Origin: Malacoraja senta
Taxonomy: Eukaryota
Direction of reading: 5' to 3'
Assembly: GCA_038087875.1 (NCBI GenBank)
Contig: CM075986.1
Coordinates: 33,418,001-33,477,559, forward strand
Length of the DNA stretch: 59,559 nt
Shown: piece after piece, positions 1 through 11,381 of the stretch
How the letters are laid out: each line of letters starts with the position of its first letter
Numbering within the stretch: the first letter of the stretch is position 1
Translations under genes and position numbers: made by a program
Notes under the pieces: generated by a model
Seen by the model: the letters and a program-made list of their open reading frames with translations, nothing else
What the model was told of the DNA's origin: nothing
Databases searched by the model: none

Positions 1-530
1 TATCCTTCTCACTGTCCACTCATGCACTGATTTTGGTGTCATCTGCAAACTTACTGTCAATGTCCACTATATTGTATGGCAAACTGTTAATGTAGATAAC
101 CAACAACAGTGGTCTCAGCACTGACCCCTGCAGCAGTGCACTTCCTCCAAGCTAATTTAGCTCATGTTGGGTTCCATGTGATCTAACCTTCCACACCAGC
201 CCACCATGCCAGACCTTGTTCAACCCTATCAGGTTCATGAGGCACAATTTCCCAAACACAAGCCATGCTGTCCCTAATCCTTGGCCCACCCTGCCAAGTG
301 ATCTAGATCTTGTAAACTTAGGACTATCCCTAATCAGTCCGTGCCTATCCAAATACTGGTAGTTCCTGTCCCTAAGGACATTCCCACCAATGACGTCGTC
401 AGGCTCACTGGTGTAGATCCCTGGCTTGGCCCTAATGTCCTTCTTCAATTACGCTTCAGTATCAGCCAGTCTTTTGGTGATTAATCTGCCTGTTTCCACA
501 CTGTATTAATCTATGACTCTATGACTCCAG
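1..530 (-). mobile_element. Degenerate CR1-type LINE reverse-transcriptase fragment
   Basis: The minus-strand ORF 152-448 contains CR1 RT-like segments (YLDRHGLIRDS, GKLCLMNLI, KVWHGGLV). Bases 1-130 resemble the FADDTK region on the minus strand. Boundaries are approximate. Confidence 0.7.
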
Positions 531-544
531 TACCTGCTCCCGCA

Positions 545-856
545 AAGTGATCCCATCAAACACATCCAGGGCAGACAGAGCACGAGTCAAATGCAGAATA
601 AATCTCCCCGTGTCACTGTGCTGTCAGGTACAGATTAGATACAAAGTTCCATCTGTCCTGTCCCAACGCTCCCAGAAAAGGGACAGCACAGGTTAGACAA
701 GGAGTGAGGCTCCCTCCAACCTGTCCCCACACACACCCAGGGTACGGGTTAGACACTGAGTGAAGTTCCCTCTACACTGTTACATACTCCCAGTGCAGGG
801 ACAGAGTGTTTGACACAGAGTCAAGCTCCCTCTACATTGCTCTGTCAAACACTCCT
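545..856. repeat. Degenerate ~60-70 bp tandem repeat (GGTTAGA..AGT(G/C)AAG(C/T)TCCCTCTACA-type unit)
   Basis: About four diverged copies of ggttagac..gtgaagttccctctacactg / gtcaagctccctctacattg / cccatcaaacac. I recall this as an abundant elasmobranch repeat, not verified. Confidence 0.5.
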
Positions 857-1774
857 TGTGTAAATGCTTCAGAACACAGAACGTTCTCTAGATTGTAAAA
901 CAAATTGATGCTGTTTGGTTCAAAAACAAAGGTTCACAATAATGAATGATTTGAACATAATGAGAGAATGTTGTACATGGTTCTAGATGTGGGTTTTAGC
1001 ACACCAGGTTTTCTTTACATCTTGTATTGAATTTCAACATTTAGAGATCTTTAGTAAGTCAATACCTTTTATTCTTCATTGTGAATTCACTGATGCTCGT
1101 AGTTTAGATTCTGAGTCGAGTTGCTTGGTGTTTTTGACGTGAGTTTTGCTGCACAAAAGAACTGCTTTTTCCCAGTTCACAGATGGAGGAACGGCTCTAA
1201 TTTCCTGCCCTCCTCCGTCAGCCGACTGGGTTTGTCCAACAAGTGCTTTGCTCCATTAACCAGGGCTGCTGGTGTCTCAGTGAATCTCAGTGGTCATTCA
1301 CAGCGCACCGTTCATGGTGTCCCCGAGCCCTTCACAGGCAGTGAGGCATGTTCACAGTAGAGCCGTGTTGTAAAGGAGGGACTGTGGATCCACTCTGCTC
1401 ACAGCAGAATCGGCAAACCGCTGGTGAGGGGGAAATGTTGTCCGAGACTCCACAGATACACTGATCCAATGGACGGGCATCAGGCTGCAATCAGACCCCA
1501 GTTTAATTCCGCAACAACTGTGGAATTTAAACTCTGTTCATAATCTGGGACAGATTGGACCTGTGTCAGATTTCCTTTTGTTAATAACCTGGATTTTGTG
1601 CACTAATCCACAGTAATGATGACCTCTCAGTTTCCCTGCTGTCCCTCAGTGGAGGAGATCTGTTGTCCTTACCCAGTCAAGCCTATTTCTAACCCCTGAC
1701 CCAGCAACGCAATTGGCACTAAATGCCCCCCTGGATGGCAACCCAGATGGGCAGTTTATTGCCCCTGCTGTTCC

Positions 1775-2431
1775 ACCCCAGCACCCAGCTCCTCACCCCA
1801 GCACCCGGCTCCTCACCCCAGCACCCTGCTGCTGCAACCTGCTCCTCACCCCAGCACCCAGCTCCTCAGCCCAGCACCCAGCTCCTCAGCCCAGCACCCA
1901 GCTCCTCACCCCAGCACCCAGCTCCTCACCCCAGCACCCAGCTCCTCAGCCCAGCTCCTCAGCCCAGCACCCAGCTCCTCAGCCCAGCACCCAGCTCCTC
2001 AGCCCAGCACCCAGCTCCTCAGCCCAGCACCCAGCTCCTCAGCCCAGCACCCAGCTCCTCACCCCAGCACCCAGCTCCTCACCCCAGCACCCTGCTCCTC
2101 ACCCCAGCACCCTACTAGACCCAGCTCCTCACCCCAGCACCCTGCTGCTCCACCCAGCTCCTCACCCCAGCACCCAGCTCCTCACCCCAGCACCCTGCTG
2201 CTCACCCCAGCACCCAGCTCCTCACCCCAGCACCCAGCTCCTCACCCCAGCACCCTGCTCCTCACCCCAGCACCCTACTAGACCCAGCTCCTGACCCCAG
2301 CACCCTGCTGCTCCACCCAGCTCGTCACCCCAGCACCCAGCTCCTCACCCCAGCACCCAGCTCCGCACCCCAGCACCCAGCTGCTCACCCCAGCACCCTG
2401 CTGCTCCACCCAGCTGCTCACCCCAGCACCC
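1775..2431. repeat. 20-bp minisatellite, consensus CCCCAGCACCCAGCTCCTCA, about 30 units
   Basis: Directly visible tandem array with CAGCCCAG and CCCTGCTGCT variants. The + strand is C-rich; the reverse complement is TGAGGAGCTGGGTGCTGGGG. Confidence 0.95.
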
Positions 2432-2793
2432 TTCTACCAGTATGATGTGTTTTCCAAGCCCTGACCCACCTCCTGACCACATTAGGAACATTGATCCAAA
2501 TTAAACTGCACTCACCACCTGCAGATCCCGGGATAGAAATCACCGTGAGCTGCGAATCTCGCCGCCTGACATTATTGAGCCTCCTGCACGAAACACTCGG
2601 CAGCTCAGGCAGCATCTGTGGGGAGAGAAGCAGAGTCACCCTTTCACTTCAGTGCTCTTTCATCAAACTCTTTCAGTACAGTTTCTGACAACCACGCTAT
2701 TTCCACTTATATTTGATGGTTTTTTATTTTGTTGAAGGTTTCCACAACCTTACGACATCTCAAAGCATTTCCCAGCCCATTAATAACTCAGAG

Positions 2794-3372
2794 ACATAGA
2801 GTCATACAGCACGGAAACAGACCCTTCAGCTCAGCTCGTGCAAGGCAGCCTGATGCCCCATGTATGCTAGTCCCACTTGCCCATGTTTACCTCATGTCTT
2901 CTAATCCTTTCCTATCCATGTATCTGTCCAAGTGTCTTTTAAATGCTGTTATCGTACCTGCCTCAACTGTTTCCTCTGGCAGCCTGTTCCATATACCCAC
3001 CACCCTGTGTGTGAGAAAGTTCCCCACATTCCCATTAAGTCTTGTTCCTCTCATCTACACCTATATCTTGATTCCCCTATCCTGTGTAAAAGACTGTGCA
3101 TTCACCCTATCTATTCCCCTCGTGATTTTATACACCTTTATAGGATCACTCTTCTGCCTTCTAGAGGTATAAAGGAGTAAAGTCCGAGCCTGCCCTACTT
3201 TTCCCTCCAGCTCAGGCCCTCGAGTCCTGGCAACATTCTTGTAAATCTTCTCAGCACTCTTCTAGCCTAATGATATCTTTCCCAGAGCAGCTTGATGAAA
3301 ACTCAACATTGTATTCCAAATTCAGCCTCACCAATTTCTTGTAACACTATAGTATAACATCCAACTTCTGAA
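2794..3372 (-). mobile_element. CR1-type LINE 3' fragment, continuing at about 4271-4400 after a DNA transposon insertion
   Basis: Reverse complement of the CR1 3' end shared with many copies in the window (cacccaccaccctgtgtg, cctatctattcccctc, acatagagtcatacagcacggaaacag). Confidence 0.75.
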
Positions 3373-4270
3373 CAGTAAACCCTCATTTTAACGGACCATG
3401 GTGTGGGGGATAGTCTCCGTTATTGCAGAATGTCTGCTTTAAATGAGTAAGGTTTTAGCCATGTATGTAGTTGAAACAAAGAATGCAGATGCTGGTTAAT
3501 ATACAAAAAGACACAAAGTGCTGGAGTAACTCAACTGGTCAGGGAGCATCTCTGGAGAAGATCGATAGGTGAGGTGGGGACTCTTCTTCAGACGGATTCA
3601 GTCTGCTGGGTTACTCAAGCACTTTGTGTTGTTTCACCTTAAAACCAGGCGCCAATGCCTGTGCTCTGCACCAGCGAGTCCTTCTTCATCCACTGCACGG
3701 TCCGGTGACACGGCTGTGGTTGTGGCTCACATTGTAGCCTCTGGCTGGCAGTGCTTTCTTCAGGCCGCTGCCACTGACAGGGTGCACGGTCACCATGGGG
3801 CACCCTCTCCTCTCACCAGCTGCTGCTTCCAAGGTGCAGTATGTTGGTGACTCCAGGGAGAAAGAGGAGGAGATGAGGGGGGAGGGGGGAGAGGGCAAGA
3901 GACAGAATGGACAGAGCGAGGGGAGGACGAGGGGGAGATGGCGGTCGAGCAGGGAGTGGACAAAGTGAAGAGCCGACAGGTTGAAGCAGCAGCAGGTGGG
4001 AGGGGAGGGAGCCTCATGGTGATCAAGCACGTCCTGTCGAGGATGGCAGCTTGAAGAAAGCGCTCATCTCGGGGGCTCCGTGAGCCGCAACAACAGCAGC
4101 ATCACGGACCATATGGTGGGTGAAGAAGGGCTCACTTGTAAGTCGGGGGTGGAGTTGGAAGCCGGGGCCCTAAGCGGTCAGGAGCCATGCGTGGCCAGGT
4201 GCTATCGGCAGCTCCGTCCGCTATATCCTGGATCTGTTATAAAGGGGTCCGTTAAAACGAGGGGTTACTG
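3373..4270. mobile_element. Non-autonomous Tc1/mariner-pogo (Tigger-like) DNA transposon
   Basis: Terminal inverted repeats: CAGTAAACCCTCATTTTAACGGACC (3373) and GGTCCGTTAAAACGAGGGGTTACTG (ending 4270), followed by TA. It interrupts a CR1 fragment and has no transposase ORF. Confidence 0.75.
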
Positions 4271-4755
4271 TATATCAATTCCCTGACTCATGAAGAGCTT
4301 TTTTTACCAACCTATTTACCTGTGACAACGCTTCCTGGGATCTGTGTACCTGTACTCCAAGATCCCTTAGTTGTACTACACTCCCCGGGGCCCAGCGTGA
4401 GGAAGGTCCACAACAGACCAGATCCAGCACCATTTGGCATGGTGGTTGTGGATATGGTCCATCTGGCACCGTACCATATGCTTCCTGACCTGGGACACAT
4501 CACCCACAGCATAGGCCGGTTTGTCCCTCTGGTTGGCAGAAGTTGCCTCCCCAGTGGCCGGTGTGAGATCAGCATTTCACTGCTTGGTCATGCACCGTGT
4601 GAAAGGGATTGGGAAAGGAACCATTTCTCTGCTCTGACTGGCCTTCTCACAGCCTGAATCACCTGCATTTACTCAGCAATCAGCATGAACCTGTTGCACG
4701 CGCTGGTAATAATCCATTTACTACAGAACCAACTGTTAATTTATTTACATTTCAG

Positions 4756-5064
4756 AGATTGAGACCTTGCCTTCAGTCCACATCACCTCTTCCTGCAACA
4801 CAGAATCTGACCAAGAGATCAGCATCCTCTGTCTGGTCAAGGACTACCAGGCTGAGATCATCAGTCAGACATGGTCCACCAGCAGTGGGGACATCACCAC
4901 TGGAATCACAAAGTACCCACCAGTGTTGGGACAAAACAACAAGTACACAATGAGCAGCTTGCTGCGAGTCCCTGTGGCAGATTGGAACAGGAAAAACGTC
5001 TACTACTGCAAGGCAGGATACAAGCCGGACAACATGGTGATAACGGAGTTCCCGAAGCCTCAAG
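4756..5064 (+). CDS. IgW: IgW heavy chain constant exon C1
   Basis: ttcag acceptor; 309 nt, phase 1/1. Translates (E)IETLPSVHITSSCNTESDQEISILCLVKDY...TW...YTMSSLLRV...W...YYCKAG...PKPQ, a C1-set Ig domain with C, W, C and an extra N-terminal Cys typical of light-chain linkage. Donor G|GTTATT. Confidence 0.9.
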
Positions 5065-6166
5065 GTTATTATGAGATTTTGTTGTCTCTTTAAAGCTGAC
5101 AATAAAACTGAAGTGGAAGACTTTGTCAAACAATGTAGGAGGAAGCAAATTAATTATGTTGCTCATTCATTCTCCTCCTATCAGCCAGAGTGCTGCTGCT
5201 CAAGGAAAATGACAGTGAGAATTTATGTGGAAGGAGATAATGGTGGGGGTGGGGGGGGGGGATTCACGGAGGAAGCATCTCGTCTGGAACTGCCTCCATT
5301 CTATCCACTGCTTTGTCTAATTCCTGCAGCTCTCTACTACCCCAAACACCTCCCCCCAGATCAGCTGCTGTGCACAGAGCCACATCTATTGTGCCCGTGC
5401 ACAGTGTGGAGATTTAAACCTTCCTCACTCTTCCTGCACTTTCCTCTTGTCCATCTGACCTCCTTTCCCATTAAACTTAAAGTTGTGTCAGAAGGAACTG
5501 CAGATGCTGGTTTAAAGCAAAGATGGACAGTAAAAGCTGGAGTAACTCAGCGGGTCAGACAGCATCTCTGGAGAAAAGGGGTAGGTGACGTTTCGGGATG
5601 AGGCCCTTCTTCAGACTGAGAGTCGGTGAAAGGGAAAAGAGAGATATAGACGGTGATATAGAGAGATTTAGAACTAATGAATGAACGAAAGATATGCAAA
5701 AAAGTAATGCTGATAAAGGAAACAGGCCATTGTTAGCTGTGGGCTAGGTGAAAACGAGTTACAGACAAAGTAGAGGTGAAGACAACTTAAAGTTGTGATT
5801 CCCAAACCTCCTGCCAGTAGAAACAGTTGTCTCATCTGTTCCTGCTCACTGGAACCGTGCTGTTGGCCATGCTGTTCCTGTGTCTGCTCCAGCACACACT
5901 GAGATCACGGATGGTCTGTACGCCACTTACCCACCTCCACCCTTACGACTGCAGAGTGGTCCACACTGCTGGGGAGGCCTGTGTTCTAACCCAGCCTCCC
6001 AATCGCAGCTCTGACCAGCATCTGACTGTGGGACCCTCCTTATCAACACATCACCAGCATTGTGGGGAGGGCTGGTACTGGGACACTTGTCCCAGATGCT
6101 GGGAGAGTGGAGTCCTACACTGTGGCTGAAGGAATCATGTAATAACAGATATTAAATATGTTACAG

Positions 6167-6466
6167 CTCCACAACTCATCCCCCTTGTTCCATCCCCGGA
6201 GGTTCTCCACAATCAAACAACTGCTGTCCTGGGCTGCATGATATCCGGATTCTTCCCTGACAATATTAAAGTTTCCTGGAAAAAATCTGGACTTAATCAA
6301 GCGGGCGTCGTTCTCCCGTCCACTCCGCGAACTAATGGTGGACTTGAAACAATTGCTTACCTGCCGTTGCGTGTGGAGGAATGGACCAACAAACAGGAAT
6401 ATACTTGTGAAGTGACCCACGCACCTTCCGGCTTCAGCGACAGGATCAACATGAGATATCAAGAGG
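6167..6466 (+). CDS. IgW: IgW heavy chain constant exon C2
   Basis: ttacag acceptor; 300 nt. APQLIPLVPS...LGCMISGFFPDNIKVSWKK...EEWTNKQEYTCEVTHAPS...YQE. Donor G|GTGAGT. Confidence 0.92.
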
Positions 6467-7072
6467 GTGAGTGGTGTCTGTTAATTTACTTACAGTATTA
6501 AACAATCTTACTGACATTTCCACCAAATTCCTGTCCCTGAGATCAGTCCTGTTGAGCGATGTATTATGTTCAGATTTGGCTTTTGCAATTTAAGCCAATG
6601 CTTTCCATCAGTAATTCTAACTCATTCTACAGGACATGTAGAGAGGAAGGTCACCAGTGTGTTTACTCTCACTCCTCTAGTCTAGTTGTCTTTGTGTCCA
6701 GTGGTAAGAAAAATGGGACAGTGAATAAACCACAGGTCCCATCCGGTATCTGGAGAATATCTCTCTTCCCTTCTCACTGTCCTCATTGTGTTAGTTTCTC
6801 CAAATCCATCTCTTTACACCCTTTCCTGAGAGTCTGTCCTGTAGATTTCCCTTTCACCCAAATGTCGGTGCCATGGATTATTTTTGAACTCATCTCCACC
6901 CTCTTTAAAGTGTTGTCTGATCCTGGACAAAGTGAAGCAGTTTATCGTGGTCGGCATAATCTCATGCTGATAAATACTGAGGACACAGACTGGGAATATG
7001 TGGATCTCCTGTTTCCTCAACACAGGAGGTGAAATCTCTTAACATTTAAACCAATGAATCTTCCATTTCCAG

Positions 7073-7200
7073 GTGGAGAATGCCCCGGCTGTTCGAAGTG
7101 TCTGCCGAAGTTCTTCTACCAGAGTAATGTCAATGTGACATTCTCAGATGGTTCTACCCGGCAGTATCATTGTTGGGCAGGAAAGTGTGAAATAAAGTAA
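7073..7200 (+). CDS. IgW: IgW short-form secretory tail exon (Cys-rich)
   Basis: ttccatttccag acceptor, phase 1. Encodes GGECPGCSKCLPKFFYQSNVNVTFSDGSTRQYHCWAGKCEIK* (42 aa, 5 Cys). AATAAA at 7191, 7484 and 7507. A separate Cys-rich tail after C2 is the known hallmark of short secreted IgW/IgX. Confidence 0.85.
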
Positions 7201-9434
7201 TTGGCTGCGTATGGAATTTGTCATTCTATTATTACAACCCATTTATAAGATTCAAATCCAACCCCTGGTATCCATTGGGATCAAAGTGTACCAGAGTGGG
7301 GAAAATACCCAATTCAAGCTGCCTCCCTCTCCCCTCCACTCGTTGCCTGCATACTCATTCATTACACATCCCAGTGCCACTGGCCAGATTTCTTCATGCT
7401 CAGACTCTAGTCAGCAAGGACCACCCAGAGATCGCAAGGCAGGAGATGTTTAAGGTGAACGGTGTGAAATGTCAAAGTGACTCAATAAAAAATAGGGTGA
7501 CCTTTTAATAAAGGCAAACTGGTGAGGCAAGGTCCAGGGCTCTAACTGGTCTCCTGTCCTATACTGGCTTTGGGTGAAAACTGTGGTTAGCACAAATTGC
7601 CACAGATTTATTAACCCACCTTCTGGACACAGACTTCAGGCCAAAGGAGAAACTCAGGGAATGCAAGGAATGTTGCAAGAAATGGACGTGTTTGGTTAGA
7701 ATCATCCAAGGATAAGCAATACAAAATGTCTCTTGTGGAAGATACCAATATTTGACAGCATGGAGAGTATCCATACTCTGCCACGTTTTATATGAGGCGA
7801 TTTCCCCCCGACACCGCGATGGTGGAACCACACGACTGTCACTGATATGGGACGGGATTGAGCATCTTGCAAAACCACATGTTTAACAATATCACATTGC
7901 TGATTAAAACAAGATTCACAAAGCAAGAACATTGTACACTGTTAAACTAGGCTTACAAATTTCTGATGACACTGCAACAACTGTCATCCACACTAATATC
8001 CCGCACATAACTATTTTTGAAAGGAATTTGCTCGCGATTTTGCTTAAAGAAGGAGGGGTTGTGAAATAGACAACATCGTACATTGACAAATGTTATGTCT
8101 CCCGTCAGACAGACACAGTGTATAACCTCTGTGTTCTACGCAGCTCAAGGCTTTGATCTCCAGGCTCACTGAAAGTTTCAATTCTGACACAAACATAATC
8201 ACCCTCCACAATAAGTGTTTGAGAGCAAAAACAGCTCATGTGGCCCAAGTGACTGAGTGTGTAAACAGTGCACACACGAGAGTGAGCTGAGTGGAACTAG
8301 ACTCATGATGCTGCTTCAGAAGACAAGTGGCAGTGCAGGTCAGTCAGGGGCAATGAATGAATAAATCATTCTCTTCCTCGCCCAATCATTCTGAAGTGAA
8401 AGGGGAAAATACATCTAATGCAGAATTTCATCCCAATCTGCAGCAGGAGGGGGACCTTGATACTTCTAACCATTTATGATTTGCTCTGCTGTCACTGGAG
8501 AGTCAGCCACTAATTTATTTCAGATAGTTTCTATCAATTACTGAAACGCCTCAAAGTCTTCACTGGAGTACAGTCACACTAAACTGACACTAGTCTGTAG
8601 CCATTTTGCTACAGGTGTGGAGTTGTGTACTGGCCAGAACAGATATGATGACACATTCCCTTCCATGAAGTGCAGCAGTGAACTATCGACATGCATCACC
8701 ACCAACGGAAGCGTTTTACGTCAGAATGCATTTATTAATAGAATTGAAATTCCCAGCTCACGGTTTGGAATTTTGAGCTCATGTCACCAGATCGACAACT
8801 TCTGGATTGACATTTACCGTCACTCTTCATTTCAAGGAGGGGAGATGGGGGGGGGGGATCTGCTGAGTCAGCTTTGGTGCTTGTGGGCAAAACTGCAACG
8901 TGACACAGCAAGTGGTACAAAGATGAAAGGAGTGCAGGCTTACAAGTGCCCAGAGTTGGAAGAATGCCATCTTTACTGAAGGTTATGTTTGTGGTGAAGG
9001 TTTCGGAGATGGTGAGACACATGGTCAGAGTAAGACTGCGATATCACCATGTGACATTTTTAAACTGAGGGAATCCCAGGCTTGGCCCCACAAGGAGAAA
9101 AGTTGCTTTTCTCATTCATGTTGCTCAGTATTACTAATCGATGCTGCAGGGGTTCCAAGCAAAGCACATATCTAATTGTGCCCCTGTAATGTACCAGCTG
9201 ATCATGGTGATGGGAAAGAGGGTCAAATCCCAGTTGACAGCTCCTTTGTTCTGTTTTTTCAGTCAAAACACCCAACCTGCTATTTAACACGAGTTTTTCT
9301 GCTATTCTGTTTGCAATAAATCTAGCCAGTGTATACTTTGATCTGCCATTGATCAGTCTTTTATGTGATGACATAAACATCTTAAAGTTATTTTATAAGA
9401 CACCTATTTGGATTTCTGCCCTGGCTTTCCATAA

Positions 9435-9778
9435 AGAGCCTGAGCCACTTACGCAATTTTATTCGGCGACTGCCAGCACCCGTCATAGTCGCAGCAGGTC
9501 ACCGAACATGTTCAACATGTTGAAAATTCAGCGGCGACCAGAAAGACGCTACAACTCTCTGGGCGACTGAGGAGACTGCTCACGACCATACAGGCAACAC
9601 CCTGACGACATGTCACGGCGGGGTGAAGCCTATATGGTCATGAGTAGTCGCCCAATGAGTCGTACCTTGTTCTGGTCGCCGCTGGATTTTCAAGATGTTG
9701 AAAATTTTCGGCGACCTGCAACGACCGATGACGGGTGCCGGTAGTCACCGAAAAAGTCGCGTAAGTGGGACAGGCCCT
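9435..9778. mobile_element. PIF/Harbinger-like MITE
   Basis: Ends AGAGCCTGAGCCACTTACGC and GCGTAAGTGGGACAGGCCCT are imperfect TIRs, flanked by TAA/TTA. Same family as 18397-19950. Confidence 0.7.
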
Positions 9779-9834
9779 TTAGTAACAGGTGAGTCTCAAC
9801 TAAAATTTTGAACTTTTCCATTTCTGATCCACAG

Positions 9835-10137
9835 AATTGTCCGTCTTCATTCAAAATCCTGGCATGAAAGAGATGTGGATCAACAAGACCGCTACGCTGG
9901 TGTGTTCAGTGATCTGTAGTGATCCGAGCCAGGTCCATCTCACCTGGAAGGTGGGAGGAAAGGAGAGAAGTGAAGGAGTTGTGACCCGTACACTGAGCCA
10001 TGAAGGCACCCGAAACCCAGTGATCAGTGAACTCCGGACCAGTGTGGAGGAGTGGACCAGCGGGGTGGAGTTTGTGTGCTTCGCCCAACAATCTTCATCA
10101 TCCTCACCAGTGTCAGCGTGGACCAACCATAACATAG
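9835..10137 (+). CDS. IgW: IgW constant exon C3
   Basis: ccacag acceptor; 303 nt, open. ELSVFIQNP...WINKTATLVC...TWKVGG...EEWTSGVEFVC...NHNI. Donor G|GTGGGC. Confidence 0.88.
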
Positions 10138-10184
10138 GTGGGCAACAGATCAGTGATTAAATGGCTGTGACAGAGAGAGAGAGA

Positions 10185-11030
10185 GGGTACAGAGAGGATT
10201 TACAAGGATGTTGCCAGGGCTAGAGAGCTATAGGGAGAGGTTGAGTGGGCTGGGACTCTATTCCTTGGAGCGTAGGAGGATGAGGCAATATCTTATTGAG
10301 GTGTATAAAATCATGAGAGAAATAGATTGGATAGATGCACAGAGTCTCTTGCCCAGAGTAGGTGAATTGTGTACCAGAGGACATAGGTTTAAGGTGAAGG
10401 GGAAAAGATTGAATAGGAATCTGAGGGGTAACATTTTCACGCAAAGGGTGGTGGATGTATAATAATAATAATAATAATGGATGGGATTTATATAGCGCCT
10501 TTCTAATACTCAAGGCGCTTTACATCGCATTATTCATTCACTCCTCAGTCACACTCGGTGGTGGTGAGCTAATTCTGTAGCCACAGCTGCCCTGGGGCAG
10601 ACTGACGGAAGCGTGGCTGCTAATCTGCGCCTACGGCCCCTCCGACCACCACCAATCACTCACACACATTCACACACATTCACACACATTCATACGCAGG
10701 CAAAGGTGGGTGAAGTGTCTTGCCCAAGGACACAACGACAGTATGCACTCCAAGCAGGATTCGAACCGGCTACCTTCCGGTTGCCAGCCGAACACTTAGC
10801 CCATTGCGCCATCTGTCGTCCAGGATGTATGAAACAAGCTGCCATAGGAGGTAGTTGAGGTAGGGACTATCCTAACATTAAAAAAGCAGACAGGTACATG
10901 GATAGGACAGGTTTGGAGGGATATGGATCAAACACGGCAGGTGAGACTAGTGTAGCTGGGACATGTTGGCCGGGGTGGGCAAGTTGGGCTGAAGGGCCTG
11001 TTTCCACACTGTATCACTCTATGACTCTAT
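10185..11030 (+). mobile_element. CR1 LINE 3' fragment interrupted by a SINE
   Basis: ORF 10208-10462 (LPGLESYRERLSGLGLYSLERRRMR...RNLRGNIFTQRVV) matches the CR1 ORF2 C-terminus and resumes after 10822. Confidence 0.8.
10461..10822 (-). mobile_element. tRNA-derived SINE (V-SINE-like core) with (ATT)n tail
   Basis: On the minus strand: A box TGGCGCAATGG, B box GGTTCGAATCC, core GTGTCCTTGGGCAAGACACTTCACC. (AAT)n at 10461. 8-bp TSD GGATGTAT at 10453-10460 and 10823-10830. Confidence 0.8.
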
Positions 11031-11064
11031 CATAGAGTTTAACATTTATTTTCCTCTGTTCCAG

Positions 11065-11381
11065 TTGAGCCAAAAAACCCTGAAGTCAGACTGCTGCTTC
11101 CAGCACACGAAGAGACCAAGCTTAGCCACAAGGTCACCCTCGAGTGTGTGGTCTCTGGATTCTACCCAGACCTCATCAACGTCACTTGGAGTAAAGATGG
11201 TGCCCTGATCTCCAACAACACCAGTGCTGCACCAACTGCTCTGGAGCAGGGGGCACTTTCAGTGTCAGCCACTTCCTGACCACGAGTACAGAGGATTGGA
11301 AGTCAGGCTCACGCTTCAATTGTACAGTGTATCATGGCGCCTCCAACACCATCATCACGAAGGATGTGAAGAACATCCAAG
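11065..11381 (+). pseudogene. IgW: IgW constant exon C4 with a -1 frameshift (real pseudo-exon or homopolymer error)
   Basis: ttccag acceptor and G|GTAGG donor are intact, but the exon is 317 nt rather than 318. VEPKNPEVRLLLP...TLECVVSGFYPDLINVTW...LEQG, then a G5 run where the reading frame needs G6. Adding one G restores GTFSVSHFLT...W...FNCTVYH...KNIQ. Confidence 0.85.

Noticed and set aside
1713-2294. Pro/Ser-rich ORFs of 193 and 131 aa
   Set aside because: Read-through of the 20-bp minisatellite, open in multiple frames, with no splice support.
3390-3405. J-segment-like ACGGACCATGGTG (and CCATGGTGACCGTG on the minus strand near 3786)
   Set aside because: No W-G-x-G frame, RSS or donor. 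Both lie inside the Tc1/pogo-like element, and the first overlaps its TIR.
614-8120. RSS-like heptamers (CACTGTG 614, CACAGTG 5400 and 8114) and a nonamer-like GGATTTTGT at 1591
   Set aside because: None pairs with its partner motif at about 12 or 23 bp spacing.
8617-8979. 120-aa ORF in non-repeat sequence between the short tail and C3
   Set aside because: No recognisable domain, GTG start, and no convincing exon boundaries.
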